Source of the DNA: Chrysomallon squamiferum
Taxonomy: Eukaryota; Animalia; Mollusca
NCBI GenBank assembly: GCA_012295275.1
Contig: CM022678.1
Coordinates: 11,346,001-11,410,000, forward strand
DNA: 64,000 bases
Direction of reading: 5' to 3'
The notes under the pieces are model-generated. The model saw nothing but the letters and a program-made list of their open reading frames with translations, had not been told where the DNA came from and ran no database searches. Of the stretch, positions 1-11,380 are shown one piece after another (position 1 is the first letter of the stretch; every line of letters starts with the position of its first letter). The position numbers and the translations under genes were made by a program.

Positions 1-1573
1 CTCTCTTTTGCTTTCTTCTTTCCATTTCTTTATTCCTTTTCTTTCTTCTCACGTCATTTCTCTCTTCTCTCTTTCTCTTTTCTTCTCTATATCACTATCT
101 TTTTCTCCCTTTTTCTCTTTTCTTTTCTCTATCCTTTTATTTCTTCTCTCTTTTTCTTTATCTGTTTCTTTCTCTCTGTCTCTCTCTTTCATTGTCTTCA
201 TTAGAAAAAAATTAAAATGTTTCTGTAGAACTAATGAAACTTGATTGATTTAATGCTGCTTTTAAACTCTTGTGAGAAATAGGTTTGAGTGAACAGTGAG
301 TGTCAGAGATACAAACTTAGATCTACCAGCAGACTGATGACAAAAGCTACATGGAATTGTTCTAGGGCTCCAACTAAATGCATGAAATTTAAAAAAAAGA
401 AGAAAAAAAAGGTTAAATTTAATATGAATATATTCATAAATGCATTTTTAAATACATATATTCATGACTACGTATGTACATACATACAACCATACATACA
501 TACAAACATACAGTCAGACAGACAGACAAATATATGAGGCACTCTATCAAAATATATTGTGCATTAAAAACTGATAAATGAATTATTCAAAATAATCAGA
601 TACAGTTTATTATAAGGTTTTAAAAAAAAAGCCTAAAATATATATTTTTTTTTTAAAAAAAGAAAAAAAAAAAAAAAAAAAAGAAAAAAGAAAAGAAAAG
701 AAAAGAAACAAAAAGAAAAAAGAAAAATGTTTGTTGATATCTTGAGAACTCACTGAGCTGTGACCTTTCATTGTAGCCAGAAGCAGACTTTCTCACAACT
801 GTTAATTAAGAAATAAAAATGGCTGTGAGTTTTCTGTAGGACAGTACAATTAGTGGTAACAACTTAGAACAACTGCAGGTTTGCTTAAAGTCCTGCAAGC
901 ATTTGTGACGTTCAACCACAAACTGAGCTAATCCTCGGAGTCAGTCCACTCCAGAAAGGTGTTGCAGGCGCTAATAAGGGGCTGAAAAAAGAGGTCATGT
1001 GACTGAAGGTAATCACAGGTGTGAAGAGGTTTTGTTTCCTGCACTCTTACAGTGACACAGAAACTTACAGTGAGTGATATAAATAGAAAGAGGGAAACCC
1101 AAGTTTGAAAGTGGTACCTGGGGATTACCTCATGTAACATCCGCGAAAACAGTGAGTAAAACGGTGAGTAAAAGTGTGAGTACATAGTGCACCGATTTCC
1201 GATTTGATTTGCAATAAATCACAGCCTTTTGTAGATCTCTATTTACAAGTTTCTTGTTTTTAATACATAAATACATTTTAAAATAATAGTGATGATTTAG
1301 TCAATGAAATATGTGTACTTAGGAATATAAAAAAAAAAAAAAATGAGTAAAAAATTAATTTTGATAATTTCAGTGTTTGGACTTTTTTTTTGAGTTTGTC
1401 CAGAAATGAAAATGTTTGAATGTCTGACACATTGTTTTTCACTGAGATATTTTAAAACTGACTGGAGGTGATGAAATTTATCAAATTATGAAACGGTTTC
1501 TTTTCTGTGAGGTAAAATAGACTAGCGAAGATCGGTTTTAATAAATCACAGTTTTCTGTTTTAATCAATATCA

Positions 1574-1607
<34 letters not shown>

Positions 1608-2428
1608 CGTTACAGATATATATGATGGTTTGAGAAAACCCTTTCACATGGTCAAAAAAAAAAAAAAAAAAAAGATATATATATATATATTTGGTTCTTG
1701 ATATTGAAGGCTACAGGTAATCACCAATTAAAATCACTTTTAATTATTTAAATGTTAAAGATATGAAATTTATTAAAAAAAAAAGAAAAAAAAGAAATCT
1801 ATGAAAAAGACTTAAAATGAGAAAATCACATTTAAAATTTTATTATGTTAAAAACCATTTACTGATCATTTTAACCACGTTGAATTTGTGAAACTAAAAC
1901 AATAAAGTGTTTGTTTATAACAACAGGTGAAATAATATGACCAAACCCTTCCATGATGTCTTCAAAAATTTGAAAAACGAACCAACACAATTTTATTAAC
2001 CAGCAACTCTCGCTGTTGTAACTCATCTTCATTTATTTGTGTAGAGTGTTGAGTTTCATTATCAAGTTCAGCATCATTTACAAGACATAAAGAAATGATT
2101 AATTAAGTCTTCTGTAATCTTTTCAGTTGACAAATTTTTGCAAACAGTGAGCGGACTTTGGTTCCTTATGGCAGGCACCATCATCTTTGTTTTAGCCAGT
2201 AATCACATGTTTTTTTTTCTTCAGTGTTGTAGAGAAAAAAAGCAGTGTTGTAGAGAAAATCACATCTAACAAATCAAACCAAATATCTTTAGAATGTTTG
2301 ATTCTTATAGGGGAATGTACTAAGCAGTGTTGTACATTTTGATAAAGTTACAAATGAATGTAATTTTTTTTTTTTTAGAGAATGTACAATGTGACAGTGT
2401 TGTAGAGAATTTGAAAACAGTGTTGACA

Positions 2429-3840
2429 GAATGCACAGCAGTGTTGTAGAGAATGCACAGCAGTGTTGTAGAGAATGCAGCAGTGTTGTAGAGAATGCAC
2501 AGCAGTGTTGTAGAGAATGTACAGCAGTGTTGTAGAGAATGTACAGCAGTGTTGTAGAGAATGTACAGCAGTGTTGTAGAGAATGTACAGCAGTGTTGTA
2601 GAGAATGTACAGCAGTGTTGTAGAGAATGCACAGCAGTGTTGTAGAGAATGCACAGCAGTGTTGTAGAGAATGCACAGCAGTGTTGTAGAGAATGCACAG
2701 CAGTGTTGTAGAGAATGCACAGCAGTGTTGTAGAGAATGTACAGCAGTACTGTAGAGAATGTACAGCAGTGTTGTAGAGAATGCACAGCAGTGTTGTAGA
2801 GAATGTACAGCAGTGTTGTAGAGAATGCACAGCAGTGTTGTAGAGAATGCACAGCAGTGTTGTAGAGAATGCACAGCAGTGTTGTAGAGAATGTACAGCA
2901 GTACTGTAGAGAATGCACAGCAGTGTTGTAGAGAATGCACAGCAGTGTTGTAGAGAATGCACAGCAGTGTTGTAGAGAATGTACAGCAGTGTTGTAGAGA
3001 ATGCACAGCAGTGTTGTAGAGAATGGACAGCAGTGTTGTAGAGAATGTACAGCAGTTCTGTAGAGAATGCACAGCAATGGTGTAGAGAATGTACAGCAGT
3101 GTTGTAGAGAATGCACAGCAGTGTTGTAGAGAATGTACAGCAGTACTGTAGAGAATGTACAGCAGTGTTGTAGAGAATGCACAGCAGTGTTGTAGAGAAT
3201 GTACAGCAGTACTGTAGAGAATGTACAGCAGTGTTGTAGAGAATGTACAGCAGTGTTGTAGAGAATGTACAGCAGTGTTGTAGAGAATGTATAGCAGTGT
3301 TGTAGAGAATGTACAGCAGTGTTGTAGAGAATGTACAGCAGTGTTGTAGAGAATGTATAGCAGTGTTGTAGAGAATGTATAGCAGTGTTGTAGAGAATGT
3401 ACAGCAGTGTTGTAGAGAATGTATAGCAGTGTTGTAGAGAATGTACAGCAGTGTTGTAGAGAATGTACAGCAGTGTTGTAGAGAATGTACAGCAGTGTTG
3501 TAGAGAATGTACAGCAGTGTTGTAGAGAATGTACAGCAGTGTTGTAGAGAATGTACAGCAGTGTTGTAGAGAATGTATAGCAGTGTTGTAGAGAATGTAC
3601 AGCAGTGTTGTAGAGAATGTACAGCAGTGTTGTAGAGAATGTACAGCAGTGTTGTAGAGAATGTACAGCAGTGTTGTAGAGAATGTATAGCAGTGTTGTA
3701 GAGAATGTATAGCAGTGTTGTAGAGAATGTATAGCAGTGTTGTAGAGAATGTACAGCAGTGCTGTAGAGAATGTACAGCAGTGTTGTAGAGAATGTACAG
3801 CAGTGCTGTAGAGAATGTACAGTAGTACTGTAGAGAATGT
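2429..3840. repeat. 22-bp minisatellite (GAATG[T/C]A[C/T]AGCAGTGTTGTAGA)n, about 64 copies
   Basis: Directly visible tandem unit. The three overlapping minus-strand ORFs (297-515 aa) all cycle through the same 22-aa peptide (66 nt = 3 units). Degenerate precursor units lie at about 2221-2428. Confidence 0.98.
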
Positions 3841-4171
3841 AGTTATGTACTGTAGCAGTTGGATCAAAGGTCATTTCACAGACATTTATAGTGATACGTG
3901 ACACATGTATATATGTGATAAAAAAAAAAAGATACTCAAATTAATTGGTGAAATCCAAAGACGTCTTCTTTTAGGAAATTTGTTGAATGAGATTTAATTA
4001 AACACAGAAAATTAACCAAAAGCACATTTTATAATGCAGAGATTAAATTGTCCCTTTCAGGACAGCATATTTTAATGTTTTAGTTATAATATAAGTTTAA
4101 AAAACAAATATCAGACTGGTGGTGAATTTTATAATGTATTTTGACCTTCAGCTTGACAAAACTCCCAGAGA

Positions 4172-4211
<40 letters not shown>

Positions 4212-4237
4212 GCGACTTACAGTCATCATTAAGCAGT

Positions 4238-4938
4238 TATGAAAACTGTGACTAATAACAAACTTTACTGACCTATGAAAGCTGTGACTAATAACAAACT
4301 TTACTGACCTACGAAAACTGTGACTAATAACAAACTTTACTGACCTATGCAAACTGTGACTAATAACAAACTTTACTGACCTATGAAAACTGTGACTAAT
4401 AAGAAACTTTACTGACCTATGCAAACTGTGACTAATAAGAAACTTTACTGACCTATGAAAACTGTGACTAATAACAAACTTTACTGACCTATGAAAACTG
4501 TGACTAATAACAAACTTTACTGACCTACGAAAACTGTGACTAATAACAAACTTTACTGACCTATGAAAACTAACTAATAACAAACTTTACTGACCTATGA
4601 AAGCTGTGACTAATAAGAAACTTTACTGACCTATGCAAACTGTGACTGACCTATGAAAACTGTGACTAATAACAAACTTTACTGACCTATGAAAACTGTG
4701 ACTAATAACAAACTTTACTGACCTACGAAAACTGTGACTAATAACAAACTTTACTGACCTATGAAAACTAACGCTAATAACAAACTTTACTGACCTATGA
4801 AAACTGTGACTAATAACAAACTTTACTGACCTATGAAAGCTGTGACTAATAACAAACTTTACTGACCTATGAAAACTGTGACTAATAAGAAACTTTACTG
4901 ACCTATGAAACTGTGACTAATAACAAACTTTACTGACC
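4238..4938. repeat. 36-bp minisatellite (TATGAAAACTGTGACTAATAACAAACTTTACTGACC)n, about 19 copies
   Basis: Visible tandem unit with a few internal deletions. It explains the 12-aa periodic ORF 4080..4583. Confidence 0.97.
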
Positions 4939-5039
4939 AGACGTCAAGAAATCAACACATCGTTTGACAAACTCAACTTTTAAAGCAGATGAATTTTTTC
5001 GTTTTTTGTTTTTTCTCGAAATACCACCAATAAAAGGAA

Positions 5040-5600
5040 ACTGTCCAACTGGCTGGACTGAGACCAGTGGTCAAGAAAACACGAAATGCTTTTTCTTTTT
5101 TGCGTGCGAAACGCACTAAGTGAAAGAAAAACAGACAGTATCGATTTTTTTTCAAACAATCTTACATCTTTCCGTCCGTCAAGACGACTTCCTCGCATTA
5201 TTGTGCGTTGTTTTTGTTGTATTTCCCTCCACGTTGGTGCTCTGGCCACCACTTCCGGTCAGCTCTTTGTGGCGGGGCCCGATGACCGGACAAGTGCTAA
5301 TCTCGATGGCGAAGATGTTTAACAATAATAAACAGACCACTGCGACGAGTACGCGAGTGCGTGTTGTTCACAGGGGAAGGCAACTTTTCAACTGACTTCG
5401 CTAATTTCTAATTGTTTGCCTCCCCATTGTTTTTCACCTCTCGGCCTTGAAAAGGAGATCGGCGTTAATTAAGATGGCTGCCGTTTTTGACGGACGTGGT
5501 CGTCGGTGCAGGTGCTGCGCAGGTGCAGTCACCTGAAATGATCAGATTTCAACCCGGCGTTTTGTTTTTGTGTTTACCGAACGGCAGTAATTCAATCAGT
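5040..5600. promoter_or_regulatory. CpG-rich promoter/enhancer-like island
   Basis: Abrupt GC/CpG rise over the flanks. Contains an ETS/GABP-type ACTTCCGG (5251-5258), a YY1-type AAGATGGCTGCC (5471-5482) and three CAGGTG/CACCTG E-boxes at about 5508-5535. Function is inferred. Confidence 0.45.
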
Positions 5601-5675
5601 TGAAAAAACAAACAAGTTTGTTTGGGTGCATGTGCACTCGCAAAGAGACACATATATACAGACAGACATACACAT

Positions 5676-5677
<2 letters not shown>

Positions 5678-5745
<68 letters not shown>
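5678..5745. repeat. (CA)n microsatellite
   Basis: Pure dinucleotide run. Confidence 0.97.
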
Positions 5746-5747
<2 letters not shown>

Positions 5748-5951
5748 TACCCAGTCGTATTTAACAATTATACAACAGACTTTTGAAAACGTAATTTTAA
5801 ATTGGTGCTGTGGAGATCATTTTAATCTTCTAGTGTTAAAACTCAGATTCCTTCATTTCCAAAAGTAGTAGTTGTTACTTACAAATTCTGTAATTAATAA
5901 TTTAATATCCTTATAACATGATTTAATACTGTTGAAATTAACACTTTAACA

Positions 5952-6380
5952 AGTTAAATTAGTATCCTACCATGTTAAATTTGTTTCCTAACATGTTCAA
6001 TAAGTATCCTAGCATGTTAAACTTGTACCCAAACATGTTAAATTAGTATGCTGGTGTAATGTTAGATTAGTATCCTAGTATGATGTTAAATTAGTACCTT
6101 ATCATGATGTTCAATTAGTATCCTAGTGTAATGTTAAATTAGTATCCTAGTATAATGTTAAATTAGTACCCTAGTGCAATGTTGAATTAGTACCCTAACA
6201 TGTGTGTTAACTCAGTACCCCAACATGTTAAATTAGTATCCTAACATGTTAAATTAGTATCCTAGTGCAATGTTAAATTAGTATCCTAACATGTTAAATT
6301 AGTATCCTAGTGCAATGTTAAATTAGTATCCTGGTGTAATGTTAGATTAGTATCCTAACATGTTAGATTAGTATCCTAAC
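5952..6380. repeat. Degenerate 21/24-bp minisatellite (ATGTTAAATTAGTATCCTAAC / ...CCTAGTGCA)
   Basis: Recurrent ATGTTAAATTAGTATCCT core with two alternating tail types. Confidence 0.92.
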
Positions 6381-6749
6381 AGACGATATTACCTGCCAGA
6401 CTAAATTAGAGGGGAGATGAATTAAAAGGCGACAGATTAATTAAGTGGACTGAAAACACAGTCGAGCTGTCTGTGTGTGCGCACCTCGCCGCTGATACAA
6501 CCCAGAACTGTACGCTGGCCGGTTCTCTACATTAAACTTCTCATTTCTCTATTAAAGAGAGATTCTGCGAGCCGTGAACACTGACCAAACAGAGCTGCGA
6601 GCACTCGGGTGGAATGAGACACTGAGAAATCAATACGAGAAATGTCAGACAGAGAGAGAGAGTGTTTTCACCACCTCTTCAATATTTATATGTGTGTGTG
6701 TGTGTAAGTGTTTTTAATATAAGTGTTGTTTATATAGGTTAAAAATAGA

Positions 6750-7020
6750 AAAAAAAGTATCAAAATTGTTTACGTTGGTAAAAAAAATATTGAAGTTGTT
6801 TACGTTGGTAAGAAAAAGTATCAAAATTGTTTACATTGGTTATAAAAAGTATCAAAATTGTTTACGTAGGTAAAAATAAAAAAAAATGTTTACATAGAAA
6901 AAATATTAAAAAATTGTTTACATTGGAAAAAATGTATAAAATTGTTTACATAGGTTAATTTATTTATGCTGTTTATGTAGGTAAAAGAATATCTATTTTG
7001 TTTATATAGGATAAAAATAT
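6750..7020. repeat. Degenerate ~30-bp tandem repeat (AAAAAGTATCAAAATTGTTTACGTTGGT)
   Basis: TTGTTTAC core recurs about every 30 bp with decay toward the 3' end. Confidence 0.8.
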
Positions 7021-7712
7021 CTAAATATTTAATGTGTTTGATATATATATTGTTTAAATTTTTTATTTAACAACATTTATCAAAACCTTTATTTCCAAAG
7101 CACAAATAAAAAAATTAAAAAAGAAAAAAGAAAAAGGAAAAAAGAAGAAATTATAATAAAACAAAACTAAAAGTAATAATTTTCATATCTCGCGTGTCGT
7201 CCATTATGAAGATTTTTTTCCACGCAGTCTCCGTGTTAGCAATTTCTACAACAAATTTCATTTCTTCACTCGCAAATAAGATTAAGAAATAATGGGCACC
7301 ACCCCATTTCCATCTTAAAATCCTAAATTTGCCACGTAAATTGGCTTTTTAGACACACATCAAGAGCTCCTTTACTGGCTGACGTCTAGGGTCTGGTCAT
7401 TCCACAAAAAGAACCGCAAAGAAAACTCCCAGACTAATAAAATCATCTCAAGTTACTTGCTACGTGATGTGTGACAATTTCTTTTTTTTTTTTTTTTTTC
7501 TACATCTTTGATTTTTTATTATCATTTCTGTTATTGTTTCTGTAGAAAGTAAAATTATTTCTTTGTATAAAAAAAAAAAGAAATAAATAAAGAGGTAAAG
7601 AAAGCCATAAACAAGATAAAGAAAATAATAAAAATAATAATAATAATAATAACAATAAAATAATCATAACAACAACAACAATAAAAAAAAAATAATAATA
7701 ATAATAACAAAA

Positions 7713-7750
<38 letters not shown>

Positions 7751-7816
7751 CAAAAATAAAATAAAAATATTTTAGTGAAGATATAGATAAAGGATATGTT
7801 TTTATTAATGAACAGA

Positions 7817-8030
7817 AGTAGTTGTAGTAGTTGTTATAGTAGTAGTAGTTGCAGTAGTAGAAGTTCTAACATTAGTAGTGGTTGTAATAATAATGGTAGT
7901 AGTGGTATTAGTTGTTGTAATAGTAGTAGTAGTAGTAGTTGTAAACAGTTGTAGTTGTAGTAGTAGTAGTAGTTGTAATAGCCGTAGTTGTGTAGTAGTA
8001 GATGTAGTAGATAGTTGTTGTAGTAGTTAT
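7817..8030. repeat. (GTA/GTT)n trinucleotide low-complexity tract
   Basis: Visible. Its head AACAGAAGTAGTTGTAGT is shared with the tract starting at about 8902. Confidence 0.9.
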
Positions 8031-8901
8031 AATATATATTTATTAACAATTAATTATCTTTACAGCACAGCACATACCAGATAATAATGTCATGATAATT
8101 CTTAAATGATTAATACAGCTGACCTTCTAACAGGCATCTCTCAAACAGAGATTTAATTTATATTTAAAAAATAATAATTTAACAACAAAATAAATAACAA
8201 AAATAAATAAATTAATGAAAAAAAAAAAAAAAAAAAAAATACAAAACAAAAACACCCCAAAACAAACAAGCAAACAAACAAACAAATTTTGTTGATTATT
8301 ATTATTATTATTATTATTATCAGCTGTCTTTTTTCAGAAACAATGCATGCTGGGTATTATTACTGTTGCAGTTGCCGAAGTTTGGTTTTTTGTCGTGGAA
8401 ACATTTGACCTTTCTGCAGGGTCAAACAGAAAACTGTAGACTTAATTTAGCTGCTGAGCATCAAGTCATTTTCCATCGCAGAAAATTAATTCATTCCAAA
8501 ATGGATGGGGCTTTTTTTTTTTTAAATAATGACCATTACCATGGCGATGGAGACCAATTTGATAATTTCATCCTGTCCAGGGCAATGGACATGTCCATTT
8601 GTCTCTCTCTGGCCACATGAACTGGTCATCTTCACACTCACTCTTTCTAATATGCATTTTCCAAAAAGATAAAAATCAATAGATGTGTGTGTGTGTCCAG
8701 TGTTTTTGGTCAGTTTTGGGGATAACGCTTCAAAATGGACGCTTGTCCAGAATCAATTTCTTAAAGTGATATTCGTCATCTTCTTCTTCTTCTTTTTTTT
8801 TTTTTTTTTTTTTTTTTTTTATTTTTTTTTTTATTTATTTATTTTTTGTTTCAGAATTTTTCTCCTCAAACTGTTTTAGTTGAGGTTATGTTTTTATTAG
8901 T

Positions 8902-9240
8902 AACAGAAGTAGTTGTAGTTGTAGTAGTAGTTGTAGTAGTTGTAGTTGTAGTAGTAGTTGTAGTAGTTGTAATAGTTGTAGTTGTAATAGTTTTAGTACT
9001 AGTTGTTGTAATATAGTTGTAGTAGTTTTTTTAATCGTAGTTGTTATTGTAGTAGTAGTTGTAATAGCTGTAATAGTGGTAAACATTGCAATAGTTGTTG
9101 TAATGGTTGTAGTAGTAGTAATTGTAATAGTTGTAGTAGCAGTTGTTAATGTTTGTGGTAATAACAGAAGTTTTATTATTAATAAATAATGAATTAGTAG
9201 CAACTGTTGTGGTAGTTGTTGTAGTTGTAGTAGTAGTAAT
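8902..9240. repeat. (GTA/GTT)n trinucleotide low-complexity tract
   Basis: Visible. It produces the poly-L/Q/T ORF 8886..9281. Confidence 0.9.
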
Positions 9241-10056
9241 GAAACAAGGACAATAGCAATAAGATTTATTTTTTGCTTCATTTTTTCTTTTCTTTTTTAA
9301 AGTGCCTTATTTCATTATGTTTTTGTTTGTTTTATTTGTTTTGTTTATTTGTTTTTGCTGATGCTTGCATCATTTTTGTCATAATTTTCTCGTTATGAAT
9401 ATTATTGATGTTGCTTTTTATCTTTATATTTAAAAGATTTTATTATTTTGTTTTACCTCAAAATACATTATGTTCTAATTCCTCTGCTTTTGTAAAAAAA
9501 AAAAAAAATAAACAAAACAAACAAACAAACGAACAAATAAATAAATAGAAAATATATAATAAAATAATTAAATAAATAATTTCTACAAATAAAAAAAAAT
9601 TTCAAATTCTTACTCAGACAAGCATAACAAACAAATAAATTAATTAATTAATTAATTAATGAACAAACAAACAATAAAACAAAAGAAATAATAGCAAACA
9701 AAAGAAATTAATTGAATAAAACGCACCTGTAACAATGCTACAATTAAACGGAATAAGAATTTGTCTACACTGTGCATTTTCTGCTTCGATATTCACATTA
9801 TGTTCCTTCCACCTGTCTGTCTGTCTGTCTGTCTGTTGTTTTGTCTGTCAGTGTCAGCATGCAGCATTGTGTGTAGGTAAACTTTTATTTTTTATTTTTT
9901 ATTTTTTTTCATCTTCAACAAAACACAAAGTGCTTTTGAAAATCTGTTTTTTTTAACATAAAGGGGTAACACATGTGGCTCAAAGTCTTTTAATAGTTAA
10001 CAAAGTTTGTGCAGTCTGCTGAGGAGTTCTTTGTGAGTTTTTCATTATTCTGGTAT

Positions 10057-10113
<57 letters not shown>

Positions 10114-10531
10114 CACATGTAAGCAAATTGAGCTGAAACATTCCATAGTTTGAAAAACTGAGGTAAGCTGTTTTTAGTTATTTTCTAAAACTCAAAATGT
10201 AAATTCTTTTTTTTTTTCTTTTTTTTTTTTAAAGTATTAATAAATTTATTTGTTACCATGGAAATTGGAAAACTGTCTTCAGGTGGAAAATGTGAGTGTT
10301 TTATTTATTTTTTTTTTTTATTTTTTTTTTCTGCTGATTTCTGAATGGGTCATTTTGTCATATTTTGTATTAAAATGTATTTTGGACTGTTTTCAGTCAC
10401 ATTTGTCATGTGAGAAAATATCTTATTTTGGTCCAACAGGAATAATTATAAATAGATTAATTTTTTAATTTAGATTTCTAATTTTTTAATTTAATATTTT
10501 AATTTTAATATATTTATATATTTATTTTTTA

Positions 10532-10577
<46 letters not shown>

Positions 10578-10718
10578 TATTTATTTATTTTTTTTTTTTT
10601 TTCTTGATTGATTGTTTAAATTTTTTTTTGAATAAAAAGTTATCTAAATTTATTTTTAGATATGTTTGGTGTATAAATTACTAATGGTGACTGTTAATGG
10701 TGACTGTTAATGGCGACT

Positions 10719-10790
10719 GTGCTATTAGTTCAGTTGTTAGAACACTGGATTCTCACAATGAAACTCTGGGTTCAAATCTTCCCGGTGGTG
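10719..10790 (+). pseudogene. Degenerate tRNA-derived element (tRNA-Glu(CTC)-like; probable SINE head or tRNA pseudogene)
   Basis: A-box-like TAGTTCAGTTG at 10726-10736 with an intact D-stem GTTC/GAAC. Loop TT-CTC-AC sits at the anticodon position. B-box GGTTCAAATC at 10769-10778, with T-stem CTGGG/CCCGG. The anticodon and acceptor stems do not pair, so it is not a functional tRNA. Confidence 0.6.
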
Positions 10791-10821
10791 TTTGTGTGAA
10801 GTTTTACATTAAAAACTCACA

Positions 10822-11380
10822 TTATTAGTAACAAATACAATTACAAATAACTGAATGTGGTTTGTTCTTAATAACAAATACAATTACAAATAACTGAATG
10901 TGGTTTGTTCTTAATAACAAATACAATTACAAATAACTGAATGTGGTTTGTTCTTAGTAACAAATACAATTACAAATAACTGAATGTGGTTTGTTCTTAA
11001 TAACAAATACAATTACAAATAACTGAATGTGGTTTGTTCTTAATAACAAATACAATTACAAATAACTGAATGTGGTGTGTTATTAGTAACAAATACAATT
11101 ACAAATAACTGAATGTGGTGTGTTATTAGTAACAAATACAATTACAAATAACCGAATGTGGTTTGTTCTTAATAACCAAATACAATTACAAATAACTGAA
11201 TGTGGTGTGTTATTAGTAACAAATACAATTACAAATAACCGAATGTGGTTTGTTCTTAATAACCAAATACAATTACAAATAACTGAATGTGGTGTGTTAT
11301 TAGTAACAAATACAATTACAAATAACTGAATGTGGTGTGTTATTAGTAACAAATACAATTACAAATAACCAAATGTGGTT
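10822..11380. repeat. 43-bp minisatellite (TAACAAATACAATTACAAATAACTGAATGTGGTTTGTTCTTAA)n, about 13 copies
   Basis: Visible tandem unit. Two variant types alternate in the 3' half, forming a dimeric higher-order repeat. Confidence 0.97.

Noticed and set aside
2289-3904. Three long minus-strand ORFs (297-515 aa)
   Set aside because: All three frames encode the same 22-aa cycle because the 22-bp unit lacks minus-strand stops. This is a repeat artefact with no unique domain.
10719-10790. Functional tRNA gene
   Set aside because: The anticodon and acceptor stems do not pair and the T-loop is over-long. Kept only as a tRNA-derived relic.
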